The notes under the pieces were generated by a model. It was not told the DNA's origin. It searched no databases and saw only the letters and a program-made list of their open reading frames with translations. 64,000 nucleotides of DNA from an uncultured delta proteobacterium (GTDB lineage: Bacteria > Desulfobacterota > Binatia > UBA9968). Shown piece by piece: positions 49,870-60,220 of the stretch. Location of the stretch: positions 78,848 through 142,847 of the forward strand of contig CAWJZV010000041.1 of NCBI GenBank assembly GCA_963847445.1, written 5' to 3'. Position numbers and translations under genes: made by a program. Every line of letters begins with the position of its first letter. The first letter of the stretch is position 1.

Positions 49870-51797
49870 TTACAGATTCTCGATCTCGACCGGTTCCACC
49901 GGATCCGCCAACTCGAAGCCAAACACTTTCGAGTAGAAGTACAGCTCCGCTTCCAACACGCGTCTGATGTTTTCCGCTTTGCGGAAGCCGTGCTGCTCGC
50001 CTTCGAAGGTCAGATAGGCCACCGGCAGTTTCTTGGCGCGCACGGCTTCGACCATTTTCTCGGCTTGATTGGGCGGGACGACTTTGTCTTCCAGGCCTTG
50101 GAAGATGATCATGGAGCAATTCAACTTATCGGTGAAGTGGATCGGCGAGCGCGCGACGTAGAGATCGCGCCGTTCGGGATAGGGGCCGATCAGTCGATCG
50201 AGGTAGCGCGACTCGAATTTGTGGGTGTCTTTGGCCAGCGCTTCCAAGTCGCTGATGCCGTAGTGGCTGGCGCCGGCTTTGAAAACGTCGCGGAAGGTGA
50301 GCGCGCACAGCGTCGTGTAGCCGCCGGCGCTGCCGCCGCGGATCGCCAGGCGGTTGCCGTCGACCTCGCCGCGCTCCGCCAGATAGCGCGCGCCGTTGGC
50401 GCAGTCGTCGACGTCGACGATGCCCCAGTTGCCGTTCAGTCGTTCGCGATAGGCGCGGCCGTAGCCGGAGCTGCCGCCGTAGTTGACATCGAGCACGGCG
50501 ATGCCGCGGCTGGTCCAGTATTGAATCGAGTATTTCAGCGAACGCGGAACTCGACGAGGTCGGTCCGCCGTGGCTCATGACCAACAGCGGCGGCTTGTCA
50601 TTCGCCGGCGCGAGCGAAGTCGCGGTTCTTCGGCGGGTAGAAATAACCATGCGCCGTCAGGCCCTGTTCGGTTGGGAACTCGACGGCGCGCGCTTCGGAG
50701 AGATAGCCGTCATCGACCCCTGTCTCGCGTGATCTGCGCAGAACTTCGAGTTTATCGGTCGCTAGGTCCAAGGCGACGACGGCGCTCGTCTCCGATCGCC
50801 GACGCGCCGATGAAAACCACGCGGTCGGCGGCGACGCGAACTTGGGAAATCGCCGAATAGGGAAGCTCGATGGCGCGCAGGCTTTCGTTTCGGTGTCGAG
50901 CGTGGCGAGATAGTCAATGCCGTTCCTGGTGTAGCTACAGACAATTTGTCGTTCGGATGCGAAGCCATAGAGCGAGCCGCCGAATACCCACTGCGGCTGG
51001 CCGAACTCCGCGTCCATCGGGCAGAGCGCTTCAATTTGGTTGTCGCGCCAGCGGTAAAGATTCCACCAGCCGGTGCGGTCGGAAATAAAGTGCAGCATGC
51101 CGTCCGGCGACCACTGGGGCTGATAGATGGATTCGTTAGCGCCGCCGGCAAGGAGCTGGCGCTCGCCCACCGATCCGTCACCGTTTAACTGGGCGAGCCA
51201 AAGTTCGGTGCCATCCCACGGCATGTTGGGATGATTCCAGCTGAGCCAGGCTAGTTCGTGAACCGTCTGGACTCAGACGCGGCGACGAATAGAAGTCATT
51301 CCCTGACAGCACGACGGTGCCGCCGTCGTCGCTGTCGAGATCGAGGGCGACGACGGTATTGACCGCTTCGCCCGAGCCCGTGTGGTCCTCGCGGACGGTG
51401 TAATAAAGATTTCTTCGCCGATCGAATTGTCCGTCGGCGTAACGGTGCGCGGTGCTGGGGTTAGCGGTCGCGGTTGCGCGTCCTCGGACTGGAGATAAAG
51501 CCGTTGGTCGGTGAAATTCGAAAAGACGATAGTCCGTTCGGCGACCGCGTAATCGCCGCCGCCGTACTCGTGCACGCGGGTGCGGGCGTTGAATCCCGTT
51601 GGCGTGACATCGGTTATTTCTCCGTTCGCCGCGCGCCGCACGATAACTTTGCGCCCGCCTTCCTGGGCGCGTCGCTCGATCCAATAGATGTCGTCGCCGT
51701 CGATGCGGATTTGTTCCAGGCCGATTTCACCGCCGCCAACCAATTCGGCGGTGATCGGCGATTTCCACGAGCCGTAAGCGGAAACGGTTGTTGTCAT
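49870..51797 (-). CDS. S9 family peptidase (dipeptidyl aminopeptidase/acylaminoacyl peptidase), multiple indels
   Basis: [49 protein letters not shown]. Confidence 0.92.
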
Positions 51798-51819
51798 GAT
51801 GCCGCCGCCGTTACGAATC

Positions 51820-51890
51820 CGTCATTCCGGTGAAAACCGGAATCCAGGTTTCGGAAAGCGGATGGATACCGGCCTCCGCCGGTATGACGG
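51820..51890. repeat. Inverted pair of GTCATTCCGG-type hairpins
   Basis: cgtcattccggtgaaaaccggaatcca...tggataccggcctccgccggtatgacg. Confidence 0.8.
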
Positions 51891-51940
51891 AGTTTCACTC
51901 GGGGTGAGGTTTTTCATTTTAACAATCCCCAGTTGAAATT

Positions 51941-53054
51941 CTAAAGGCGCAATAATTTTCGCGCGTTCCCGTGCAGCATAGCTTCGCGTTCCGCGCTGGT
52001 GCATTCCATGTTCTGGATTTTTTCCGCCGCCATCCAGTCGCCGAGGTCGAAGGGATAATCGGTGCCGACCATGATGTGATCGGCGCCGACCATGCGTTTC
52101 AGATATTCGACGGTCTCGACGCGATAGACGAGGTTGTCGAAGTAGAGGTTCTTGAGATATTTGCTCGGTGGCAACTTCGCGGGGATCGCGGAAGATCCCG
52201 AAGCCGCCGGTCTTGCCCTGGTCCAAGCGGCCCAAATGATACGGGATATAGCCGCCGCCGTGGAGTAAGCCGAGTTTCAGATTGGGAAAGCGATCGAAGA
52301 TACGCCGCTGTACATCATGTAGGTGACCGAGAGCGTCGTGTCGGCCGGATTGCCGCAGATGTTACGCAGGCTGTAGGGTTCCATCTTGTCGGCGCCGGCG
52401 ACCCATTCCGGATGCATGATCATCAGCACGTCGAGCTCCTGCGGCCTTTTCCCAGAACGGATCGAAGCTCTTGTCATTGAAATACTTGCCGACGACGTTG
52501 GAGGCGATGGTGACGCCGGACATTTTCAGATCGACGATGGCGTGTTCCAATACTTTCGCCGCGCGGGGCGGATCTTGCAGCGGCACGGTGGCGATGCCGG
52601 CAAAGCGGTCGGGATGGCGCTTGACCAAATTCATGATCGCTTCGTTGTAGAGGTTCGACCAGGTCTCGCCGCGGCGGGCCGTCGAGCTCGTAACCGACCG
52701 ATGCGGTATGGACTTCGACCATGGCGATACCGACATGGCCTTTGGTCATGGCGTCGAGACGATTGGGCACTTCAGCCATGCGCGGATCGGGGGCAAACGC
52801 CCGTCCTTTGGGGAATTGAATGCGATAGGGATTATCTTTGGCTTGCTTGGGCGGAAAATGCTCGATGCCGCCAGAGCGCTTTGCCATGTTTCTTGATCTC
52901 GTCGATGAGTTCCGGCGCGAAGTAATGGTGGTGGATGTCGATGGCGCTGGCTCGCGCTAGGACTGGTCGTTGCTGTGGTGGCGCAACCCGCGAGCAGGCC
53001 CGATGATACGACTGCGCTCTTGCCGGCCAGTGTGAGAAAGTCACGCCGAGTCAT
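51941..53054 (-). CDS. Amidohydrolase-2 (ACMSD-like) with Tat lipoprotein signal, multiple indels
   Basis: MTRRDFL...LLAGC; IDIHHH, P.RFAG.ATVPLQDP, MHP, HGGG..PY..GRLD, GTDYPF. Confidence 0.82.
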
Positions 53055-53083
53055 ATTGATGCCGGTGATCGGACATGATTTGG

Positions 53084-53895
53084 CTACTCCTGCTTAATGA
53101 AATCGCGAATCGCTTTGTGCGCGGCTGCCGGGTTGGTCGCCAGAGTAATGATGTCCTTCGCCAGGGAGCACGACTAGCTTGGCTTTGGGAATCGCCTTCG
53201 CCAATTGGTGCGCCGCGGCCCAGTGGGTGTTGTCGGTGGCGCCGTGATTCTCGTCGTCGCCGACAAAGACCAGTGTCGGCGCTGTGATTTCCTTCAGCCG
53301 GTCGGTGTGGTCGTGGGTCTGGCGCGCCAGGACGAAGTAAAGATAATTTTCCAGCGGCGCGATGCCGGACATTCTCACCTGGAGAAACTTTTCGATCAGC
53401 TCGGGATTCTTGGCGACGAACTCTTTGGTCCAGCCGGTTTCGATGGTGTGCTTGCGGATGTAGTTTTCAAATCCATCGCGCACCATGTCGCGGCACATCG
53501 CCAACGGGATGCCATGGGCGCCGGGGTGGGCAGAGCCGCTGGAGGCGAGGATCAGTTTCTTGACCTTGATGCGGATAGTCGAGCGCTAAGCAGCTGCGCG
53601 ACCACGCCGCCCATGGAGTGGCCGCAGACGATCGCTTGCTCGACTTCAAGTGATCGAGGATCGCCGCGGCATCGTCGGTGAACATTTTGATCGAATAGTT
53701 CTCGATCCTCTTGCTCGACTTGCCGGTGCCCCGATAGTCGAACAGGATGACTTTGTGATCGCGGGAAAACTCCGGCACCTGGTGAAATTTCCAGGCTTGA
53801 TGATCGAGACCGGTGACGCTGCAAAAAAGCAACGCCGGGCCATCGCCGTGGGTTTCGTAATAGATCTCGCTACCGTCGCGATTGACAAATGGCAT
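53084..53895 (-). CDS. Alpha/beta hydrolase (frameshifted)
   Basis: IYYETHG.GP, DYRGTG.S, GHSMGG, PTLV.VGD.., GHH. Confidence 0.87.
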
Positions 53896-54008
53896 GAGGC
53901 TCTCCCTTGTCGCTGAATTCGCTCGCGACTATAGCGCTATTGCTTTGCGGCGAGCAACTGGAAACAGGTAGAGATAGGAGGATAGAGATAGAGATAGAGG
54001 ACTGAGAT

Positions 54009-54659
54009 CTATTCGCCGACGCTGACGACGCGGTAACCGGCGGCGGCCATGGCGGGAATGAAGCCTTTGGGCAATTTGCCGGCGAAACGGAAAATCGACA
54101 TGTCGCGGCGGCGCAGGCGGTTTTCATGGAAGGACATCAGACTAAGGATTTCCACCCCGTTAAGGCGGCAGAAGTCGAGCACCGTCGGTACCGGGCTATC
54201 CTCGAAATCCGACTCGATAAAGATGCGTGTGCCACCGCTCTTGGCTGCCGTCATGCCGATGAAAGCTTCGAAGAGGTCTGATTGGGTGATGATGCCGACG
54301 ATCTGGTTGTCTTGCAGGACGGGCAGGCAGCCGATTCTGTTGCTGCGCAGCAATCGAGCGGCTTCTTCAATTGGGCAATCCGGTAACACCGAAATAACCT
54401 TCTTGGTCATCACGCTGGACACCGGTTTCGGGACGGATTCTTCAGTGACTTCCACAGAAAAGGGATTCAGATCGTTGGGAAAACCGCGGGCGATATCGAA
54501 TTTGGCGACCACGCCGACCATTCGCCTACCGGTCCGTGTCGGTTCGCAAACCGGAAAGTGACGAACCTTGCGGCGGCTCATTTCCAGCGCAACCGCGGAG
54601 ATGGTCTCCTCCGGAGCCACTGTGTCCGGATTGGGCGTCATCCATTTCTCGACGAACAT
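54009..54659 (-). CDS. CBS-pair protein (AcuB-like)
   Basis: MFVEKWMT, RHFPV, VMTK, IGCLPV, GIIT.SD; C-terminal ACT-like domain. Confidence 0.85.
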   Translation of the reverse strand: MFVEKWMTPNPDTVAPEETISAVALEMSRRKVRHFPVCEPTRTGRRMVGVVAKFDIARGFPNDLNPFSVEVTEESVPKPVSSVMTKKVISVLPDCPIEEAARLLRSNRIGCLPVLQDNQIVGIITQSDLFEAFIGMTAAKSGGTRIFIESDFEDSPVPTVLDFCRLNGVEILSLMSFHENRLRRRDMSIFRFAGKLPKGFIPAMAAAGYRVVSVGE

Positions 54660-54808
54660 GGTTAGGTTTCAACAGTCAGGGAGAAATCAGCTATTATCAA
54701 TTAATTCGGCAAATTGCCCGGTATCTTTAGCGGCGTATTTGCAGCTCGGCGGTGGGCTGGTGTAAGAGGGACAGGGCAGAGACAAAGACAAGAGGACAGG
54801 GAGGCGTG

Positions 54809-55760
54809 ATGGCGATTAGAATGGGAACTTCTGAGCTCGGCGGGACATTTTATACCCAAGGGCAGGCGATCGCGGAGCTTTTCAACCGCGGGCGTGGGAT
54901 GGGTGATCAGTGCGTCGTCGAGACCAGCGACGCGAGTATTCACAATGCCAATCAGCTCGACGCCGGCACTCTCGAGTTCGGCTTCATGGCGTCCAACTGG
55001 ATCGGCCGCGCCAAAGATGCCACGGCGCCGTTTACGAAAAATATCGCCATCCGCATGGTGGCGCCGGCCAATGCCGGGCCCATGTGTTTTGTCCGCCTCG
55101 CCAACGCGCCGATCGCTTCCGTCGCCGATTTCGCCGGCAAACGGGTGGCCATCGGCACCAAAGGCAGCGGCATGGAACAGCATGTTCACACGATCTTCAA
55201 AGTGCTGGGCATTTCCTTCGACAGTTTCACGCCGGTGCACCTGGGTTTCGCCGAGGGCGCCGACGCGCTTGATCGCCGGCCAGATCGACGTGCAGTTCCA
55301 TCCGCCGATTCCCAACGCAGTGCTTACCGATCTGAGCCAGCGCGCCGATATTCGGGTGATCCCTTACGCTGCCGCGCAGCGCGACAAGCTGTTTGCCGCG
55401 GTGCCGTTCTACCGTCCGGTCACGGTGGAGAAAGACGCCTTTCGCGGTGTCGTCGAAGATGTCGTTCAGGTGGGTGTCGTCAACGTCATCGTCAGCCATG
55501 AAAGCGTCGCTGAGAGCGCAGTCTACGCCATGGCGAAAACCATCGCCGACAATTTAGACAAGCTGCCGCAAATGAATCCGCTATTCAAAGGCCTGAAAAA
55601 TCTCTTCGAGCCGCTGCGCAGCAAAGGGGCCGCCGCCTTCGAGTTCGGCGGCGTGCCGCTGCATCCCGGCGCGCTCCGAGCTTACAAAGATAGCGGGCTG
55701 GATAAGCTAGGAGCATCGGCCGCAAAGACCGCAATAAGGCTCGTAGGATGCGGTGATTGA
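54809..55760 (+). CDS. TAXI-family TRAP solute-binding protein (frameshift near 55270; no obvious signal peptide)
   Basis: GTSELGGTFY..G, S..N, GKRVAIG..GSG, VPLHPGA.RAY. Confidence 0.82.
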
Positions 55761-55968
55761 AATGAACCGCATCGTTGGTGCAAGTTTCGACGATCAGCAG
55801 CGATCTGGAAGTGCTCGGCGTGCAATCGGGCAGATGCGATTCGTTCTGCGGCGTTGCGCTTCGAACGATGACACGCCTGGCCGGTTGCCGTCGTGCAGCT
55901 CCGTTGCGTCACTGAAGCGAGGAACTTTCCCAAGCGAAACCGCCACGCCACCGGCGGCTTGAATTTCT

Positions 55969-56945
55969 TTACGGAGTCCAGCCGCTCTGACTGACTTCTG
56001 CCTGTGCCCGGCGTAAAAAAGAAAAATCGAAAATCTCTTCAGGCCGCACATCTCGAGTCACGCCGGTGAAGCGCTTACTGCGCTCGATGACAATTCTTTG
56101 CAGCCGTTCGCCGATGGTGCCATCCTTGGCGACGGTCTTCATATGATCGTCGTAGACCCGTGACATGAGATCGCGGTCCTTCTGCCGGGTGAACTCCATG
56201 ATCGCCGTGATACTCTCTTGCCGATTGGCCTGGTAAAGGCGCTGGCCCTTAACGGTGGCGCGCATAAAGCGGCGCACTAGCTCCCCTTGGCGCGCCAGCC
56301 GGTCGTCGCTGGCGACGATGGACGCCTGGATGTCTTCCAAGTGATCGGCGAAATTGAAGAACGTCGAATACCCCAATGAATGAGCCAAGAGACTCGACGG
56401 CGGGCTCAGTGACGCTGCGTCGATGCTGCCGGCTCGGAGCGCTACGTAGCGCGCGCTGGTTGAGCCCACCGGCACGAAATTCACGTCTTTCTCCAGCTGC
56501 AAGCCAAACTTGGGCAGCACCTCTTTCAACCAACCGTAATCCAAACTGCCAATGGTCGACCCGCCGACCCGTTTGCCACGCAACTCGGCGATGCTTTTGA
56601 AGGCCGGTTGCGCCATGAAACTGCCGGGTGGCTTGTCGTTAAACACCATGAGGATTTTTAACTTCGCGCCTTGCACCGCGGCAGTCGGGTTGCTCGCCGA
56701 GCCGAATTCCACGCTGTTGCCGATGAGTGCCCTGGTGCCGGTGAGTCCCGCCATCAGGATGATCTCGACACACCATGCCTTCCTCGGCGTAGTAACCGCG
56801 CTTATTGGCCAGCACAATGGGAATATAGGAGGCGGAAAAATTTGAGATCGCGACCCGGACTTTTTCCTCGGCGGCGAGCCGTGTGGCCGGAAATGGTATT
56901 GCGAATAGCAGAGCCAATGACAAGAATCACTTTTCGCCGCATCAT
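55969..56945 (-). CDS. ABC substrate-binding protein, NMT1/SsuA-like (indels in the 5' part)
   Basis: KRGYYAEEG, ELRGKRVG, RRFMRA, IFDFSF. Confidence 0.82.
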
Positions 56946-56978
56946 ATATAGAATCCTCTTCATGATGGTTCGTCAGCG

Positions 56979-57617
56979 TTACAGCTTGGGAATTTTCAAC
57001 GTCTTGCTGATCATCGTGCAGCCGTTGGCGAAAAACAGCAGGGCGAACGGATGCAAGTCGAGGCCGGCGATGGCGATTGTCCCGAAGGGCAAATGCGCAC
57101 CGGTGCGTCCGAAGTAAAAGCACAGCGCCAGCAGTGCCACCAAGAATAGGCTCGACGGGATCGGCGTGCCTTCGAAGTACTTCACTTTGCCGCTGTCGTC
57201 GCTCAACTGACTCGCCGTGACGTTGTAGCGCGCCAGCCGGCTGATGCCGCAGGCGACGAAGAAGATCAGAATAACAATATCGAGGCCGCCGCGCAGGCCC
57301 AAGCCGTAGCCCAGCGCAGCGGGAGCGACGCCGAAGCTGACGATGTCGGCGAGGGAGTCGAGTTCCTGGCCGAAGGGCGAGTGCTCGCCGCGCCGGCGCG
57401 CCACTTTGCCATCGGCGATGTCGAGCAATAGGGCGACGGGCACTAGGGCGAGGGACAGGTAGACGCGCCAGTCTTCCGCCGAGGTCAAGTAGCTCATCAT
57501 CACCAAGACCGCGGCCATTCCGGCGCCGCCGTTGGCCAGGGTGATCAGGTCGGCGGCGCGATAATCGCGCAGCATGGAAAAGTGGACGCGCTTTTTCTCT
57601 GGTTTCCGGCGAGCCAT
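56979..57617 (-). CDS. pssA: CDP-diacylglycerol--serine O-phosphatidyltransferase (CDP-alcohol phosphatidyltransferase)
   Basis: DIADGKVAR...G.ELDSLAD.VSFGVAP, RLARYN, FEG.P.P. Confidence 0.85.
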   Translation of the reverse strand: MARRKPEKKRVHFSMLRDYRAADLITLANGGAGMAAVLVMMSYLTSAEDWRVYLSLALVPVALLLDIADGKVARRRGEHSPFGQELDSLADIVSFGVAPAALGYGLGLRGGLDIVILIFFVACGISRLARYNVTASQLSDDSGKVKYFEGTPIPSSLFLVALLALCFYFGRTGAHLPFGTIAIAGLDLHPFALLFFANGCTMISKTLKIPKL

Positions 57618-57728
57618 TGGTGTTCTTGATCCGTGCCGATGCGGCACGCTAGCATAGCCGGCGCGGAAGAGTCCAATGAATCGGTTATTGGGTTGTGGTT
57701 CAGTTTGATTTTAATGTCGCATCTCAAT

Positions 57729-57992
57729 GTAGGGGCCGACCTGCGTGTCGGTCCTCCGAACGGGCGGACACCCTTCGACTCGGCTCAGGGCAGGCGACGG
57801 TTCGCCCCTACAAATTATTGCGAAACTGAACCACCATCGGATATTGGCGTGGTTGGCCGCATTGACAGGCCGCGGCGGCCTGCTTAGATGATTCACCTGG
57901 ATACCGTTTTTCAACGGTATGACGGACTCTGTCCGTCACCTGGATTCCCGCCCTTCGGCTTTGCTCAGGACATGCGTGCGCGGGAATGACGA
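57729..57992. repeat. GTAG-REP pair plus GGAATGAC-type hairpins, each with a nested CCCTTCG...GCTCAGG unit
   Basis: gtaggggccgacctgcgtgtcggtcct...cccttcgactcggctcagggc...gcccctac; second cluster at 57894-57990. Confidence 0.8.
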
Positions 57993-58121
57993 ATCGAGCA
58001 CGGCAGCATGTTCTGGGAATGCCAACCATTTTCATGCTCTGTAGGCGAGCGCAAGCTCATGGACACTTCCTGGTGATACCGTCTTAACAGCAACCTCGGC
58101 AGAAGCTTACTTGGAGGGAAT

Positions 58122-58772
58122 ATGACAGCGACTCAAGGCCGGCCCGCCGATCATTGGCCGATCACGACGAAGAATGTTGCGCTGATCCTCGTCGATATGC
58201 AAAATATTTGGGTGCACCCGCGCGGCGCGCGCTACTTGCCGTCGTCCGAGGATATCGTGCCAAAGATTCAAGAGCTCTTGCGCTACTGTCACGCCAGCAA
58301 AGTGCCGGTGATCTATCTGCACACGACCAAGCGGCGCGATCTCGCCGATGTCGGTATCTTCGCCGACATCAAGCCGCAAACCCATGACGCCGACGACGAG
58401 TGGAGCAACTTCGAAGGCACACCGGGGGCGGAAATTTACGAGCCGGTGAAACCGACGGCGGACGATATCTTGGTCAAGAAGTTTCGCTACAGCGGCTTTT
58501 ACGGCACGCAGTTGGAAAATCTCCTGCGCGCCATGGGACGCGACACGATTGCCATCACCGGCGTGGCGACCAACGTCTGCTGCGACAGCACGGCGCGGGA
58601 CGGCGCCATGCGCGATTTCAAAGTGCTGTTTCTGTCGGACTGTAACGCTTCATTCTCTCAAGCCGAGCAGGAGGCGACGCTGACGAACTTCGACAAGCAC
58701 TTCGGCGTGGTGATGGATTCGCAGACGCTGCTGCGGAAGTTGGGCGGGGAAAAGGTTGGAGTAATGGAGTAG
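58122..58772 (+). CDS. Isochorismatase-family cysteine hydrolase (RutB-like)
   Basis: LVDMQN, KFRYSGF, GVATNVCCDSTARD. Confidence 0.9.
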   Translation: MTATQGRPADHWPITTKNVALILVDMQNIWVHPRGARYLPSSEDIVPKIQELLRYCHASKVPVIYLHTTKRRDLADVGIFADIKPQTHDADDEWSNFEGTPGAEIYEPVKPTADDILVKKFRYSGFYGTQLENLLRAMGRDTIAITGVATNVCCDSTARDGAMRDFKVLFLSDCNASFSQAEQEATLTNFDKHFGVVMDSQTLLRKLGGEKVGVME

Positions 58773-58847
58773 AAGAGGGGTTGGAGTAATGGAGTTGTGG
58801 AGTGTTGGGTTCCGGACCACCCAGTACTCCATCACTCCATTATTCCA
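58757..58847. repeat. TGGAGTAA 8-mer array with inverted copy
   Basis: tggagtaatggagt...tggagtaatggagttgtggagtgttggg / cccagtactccatcactccattattcca. Confidence 0.8.
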
Positions 58848-58877
58848 GCTCACGCAATCTTGCACTGGAGGTTGATT

Positions 58878-59939
58878 GTGAAACGGATTCTATTGATGGT
58901 TTTCGCTATAACCATTGGTTTGGTCATGGCGCGCAACGGCTACGCCGGGCAAGCCGGTTACGACGAGAAATCGGTGGCGAATTTTTACCGCGGCAAGACC
59001 GTTACCATCGTCGTCGGTCATTCGGCGGGAGGCGGATTCGACCGTTACGCCCGGGCGATCGCGCGCCATCTCGGCAAATATATCCCCGGCAATCCGGCCA
59101 TACTCGTCAACAACATGGTCGGCGCCGGGACCATGGTGTCGGCCAATTACACTTACAATCAAGCGCCGCGGGACGGCACCGTGATCAACAGTTTCGACGG
59201 CGGCATTTGGCCTTCGCAGCTCTACGGCTCGTCGGCGGCGCAATTCGATCTCGACCAAGTTCAACTACATCGGCGCGCCGGATATTTTCAAATACATCAT
59301 GGTGGTGACCAAGAAGTCGGGCATTACCAGGATGGAAGACTTCATGTCGGGCGCCAAAGAGGTGGTGGTCGGCGCCGTGCCCAATACCAGCATTCAGCAC
59401 TCGGCGACCTTTCTCAAAGAAGTGCTGGGCGCCAAATTGAAATTGGTCACGGGCTTCAAAGGCACCGCGGAGATCCGCCTGGCGATGCAGTCGGGGGAAG
59501 TCGAACAGCGTGATCACCGGCTGGGAGACGTTGAGCGTGTCCAACTTCAAAGACTTCGAGAGCGGCGAGTGGTTGATTCTATCGCAGTGGGTCGACGAGC
59601 CGCTGACCGACCTGCCGCAGAAAAACGTGCCGTCGATCTATCAATACGCGCGCAACGACGAGGAGCGCCAATTGCTCAAGTTGGGCCTGGTGAAACCCAA
59701 TAGCTACGCCCGTCCCTACGCGATGCCGCCGGGCGTGCCGCTGGAGCGCGTGCGCGCGGTGGAAGCGGCATTTTTGAAAAGTCTTAAAGGATCCGGAGTT
59801 CGTCGCCGAAGCCGAGAAAACCCGCATGACCCTGAGCCCGATCGCCGGCAGCGATTTGCAAAAGATGTTCGCCGAAGGATTGTCCATGTCCGCCGCGCTC
59901 AAAGCCAAACTCAAGCCGATCCTGGCGCCCAAGAGCTAA
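58878..59939 (+). CDS. Bug/TctC substrate-binding protein (several indels)
   Basis: FYRGKT, GHSAGGGFD, NMVGAG, GFKGT, RPYAMPPGVP; paralog of 36296-37366. Confidence 0.85.
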
Positions 59940-59979
59940 TCAGGAAAGTAGAAAAAAACGGAGAAGCGGGATTTGGCCG

Positions 59980-60208
59980 CACCCTTCGACGGTGCTCAGG
60001 GCGAACGGGACGCAGAGTTCGCAAAAAAGATTTCACCGCAAAGGGGCCGGTCGGGACCGGCCAGGGCGGATTCAGAAGTTTAACCGCAAAGTACGCAAAG
60101 AACGCAAAAAAGATTTTTGAATTATCGGTGTCGGGTTTGGAACCCGTCCTCTTGAGTTGTGTCTTCCAAACGGCTTGCACGATTGGAACGTTTTGAACGG
60201 CTTGAACC
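59980..60208. repeat. Stack of several repeat families between convergent genes
   Basis: cccttcgacggtgctcagggcgaacgg; near-identical copy of the 40260 element at 60080; TTGAAC 9-mer array at 60172-60208. Confidence 0.8.
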
Positions 60209-60220
60209 CGGGCGGTTTTA

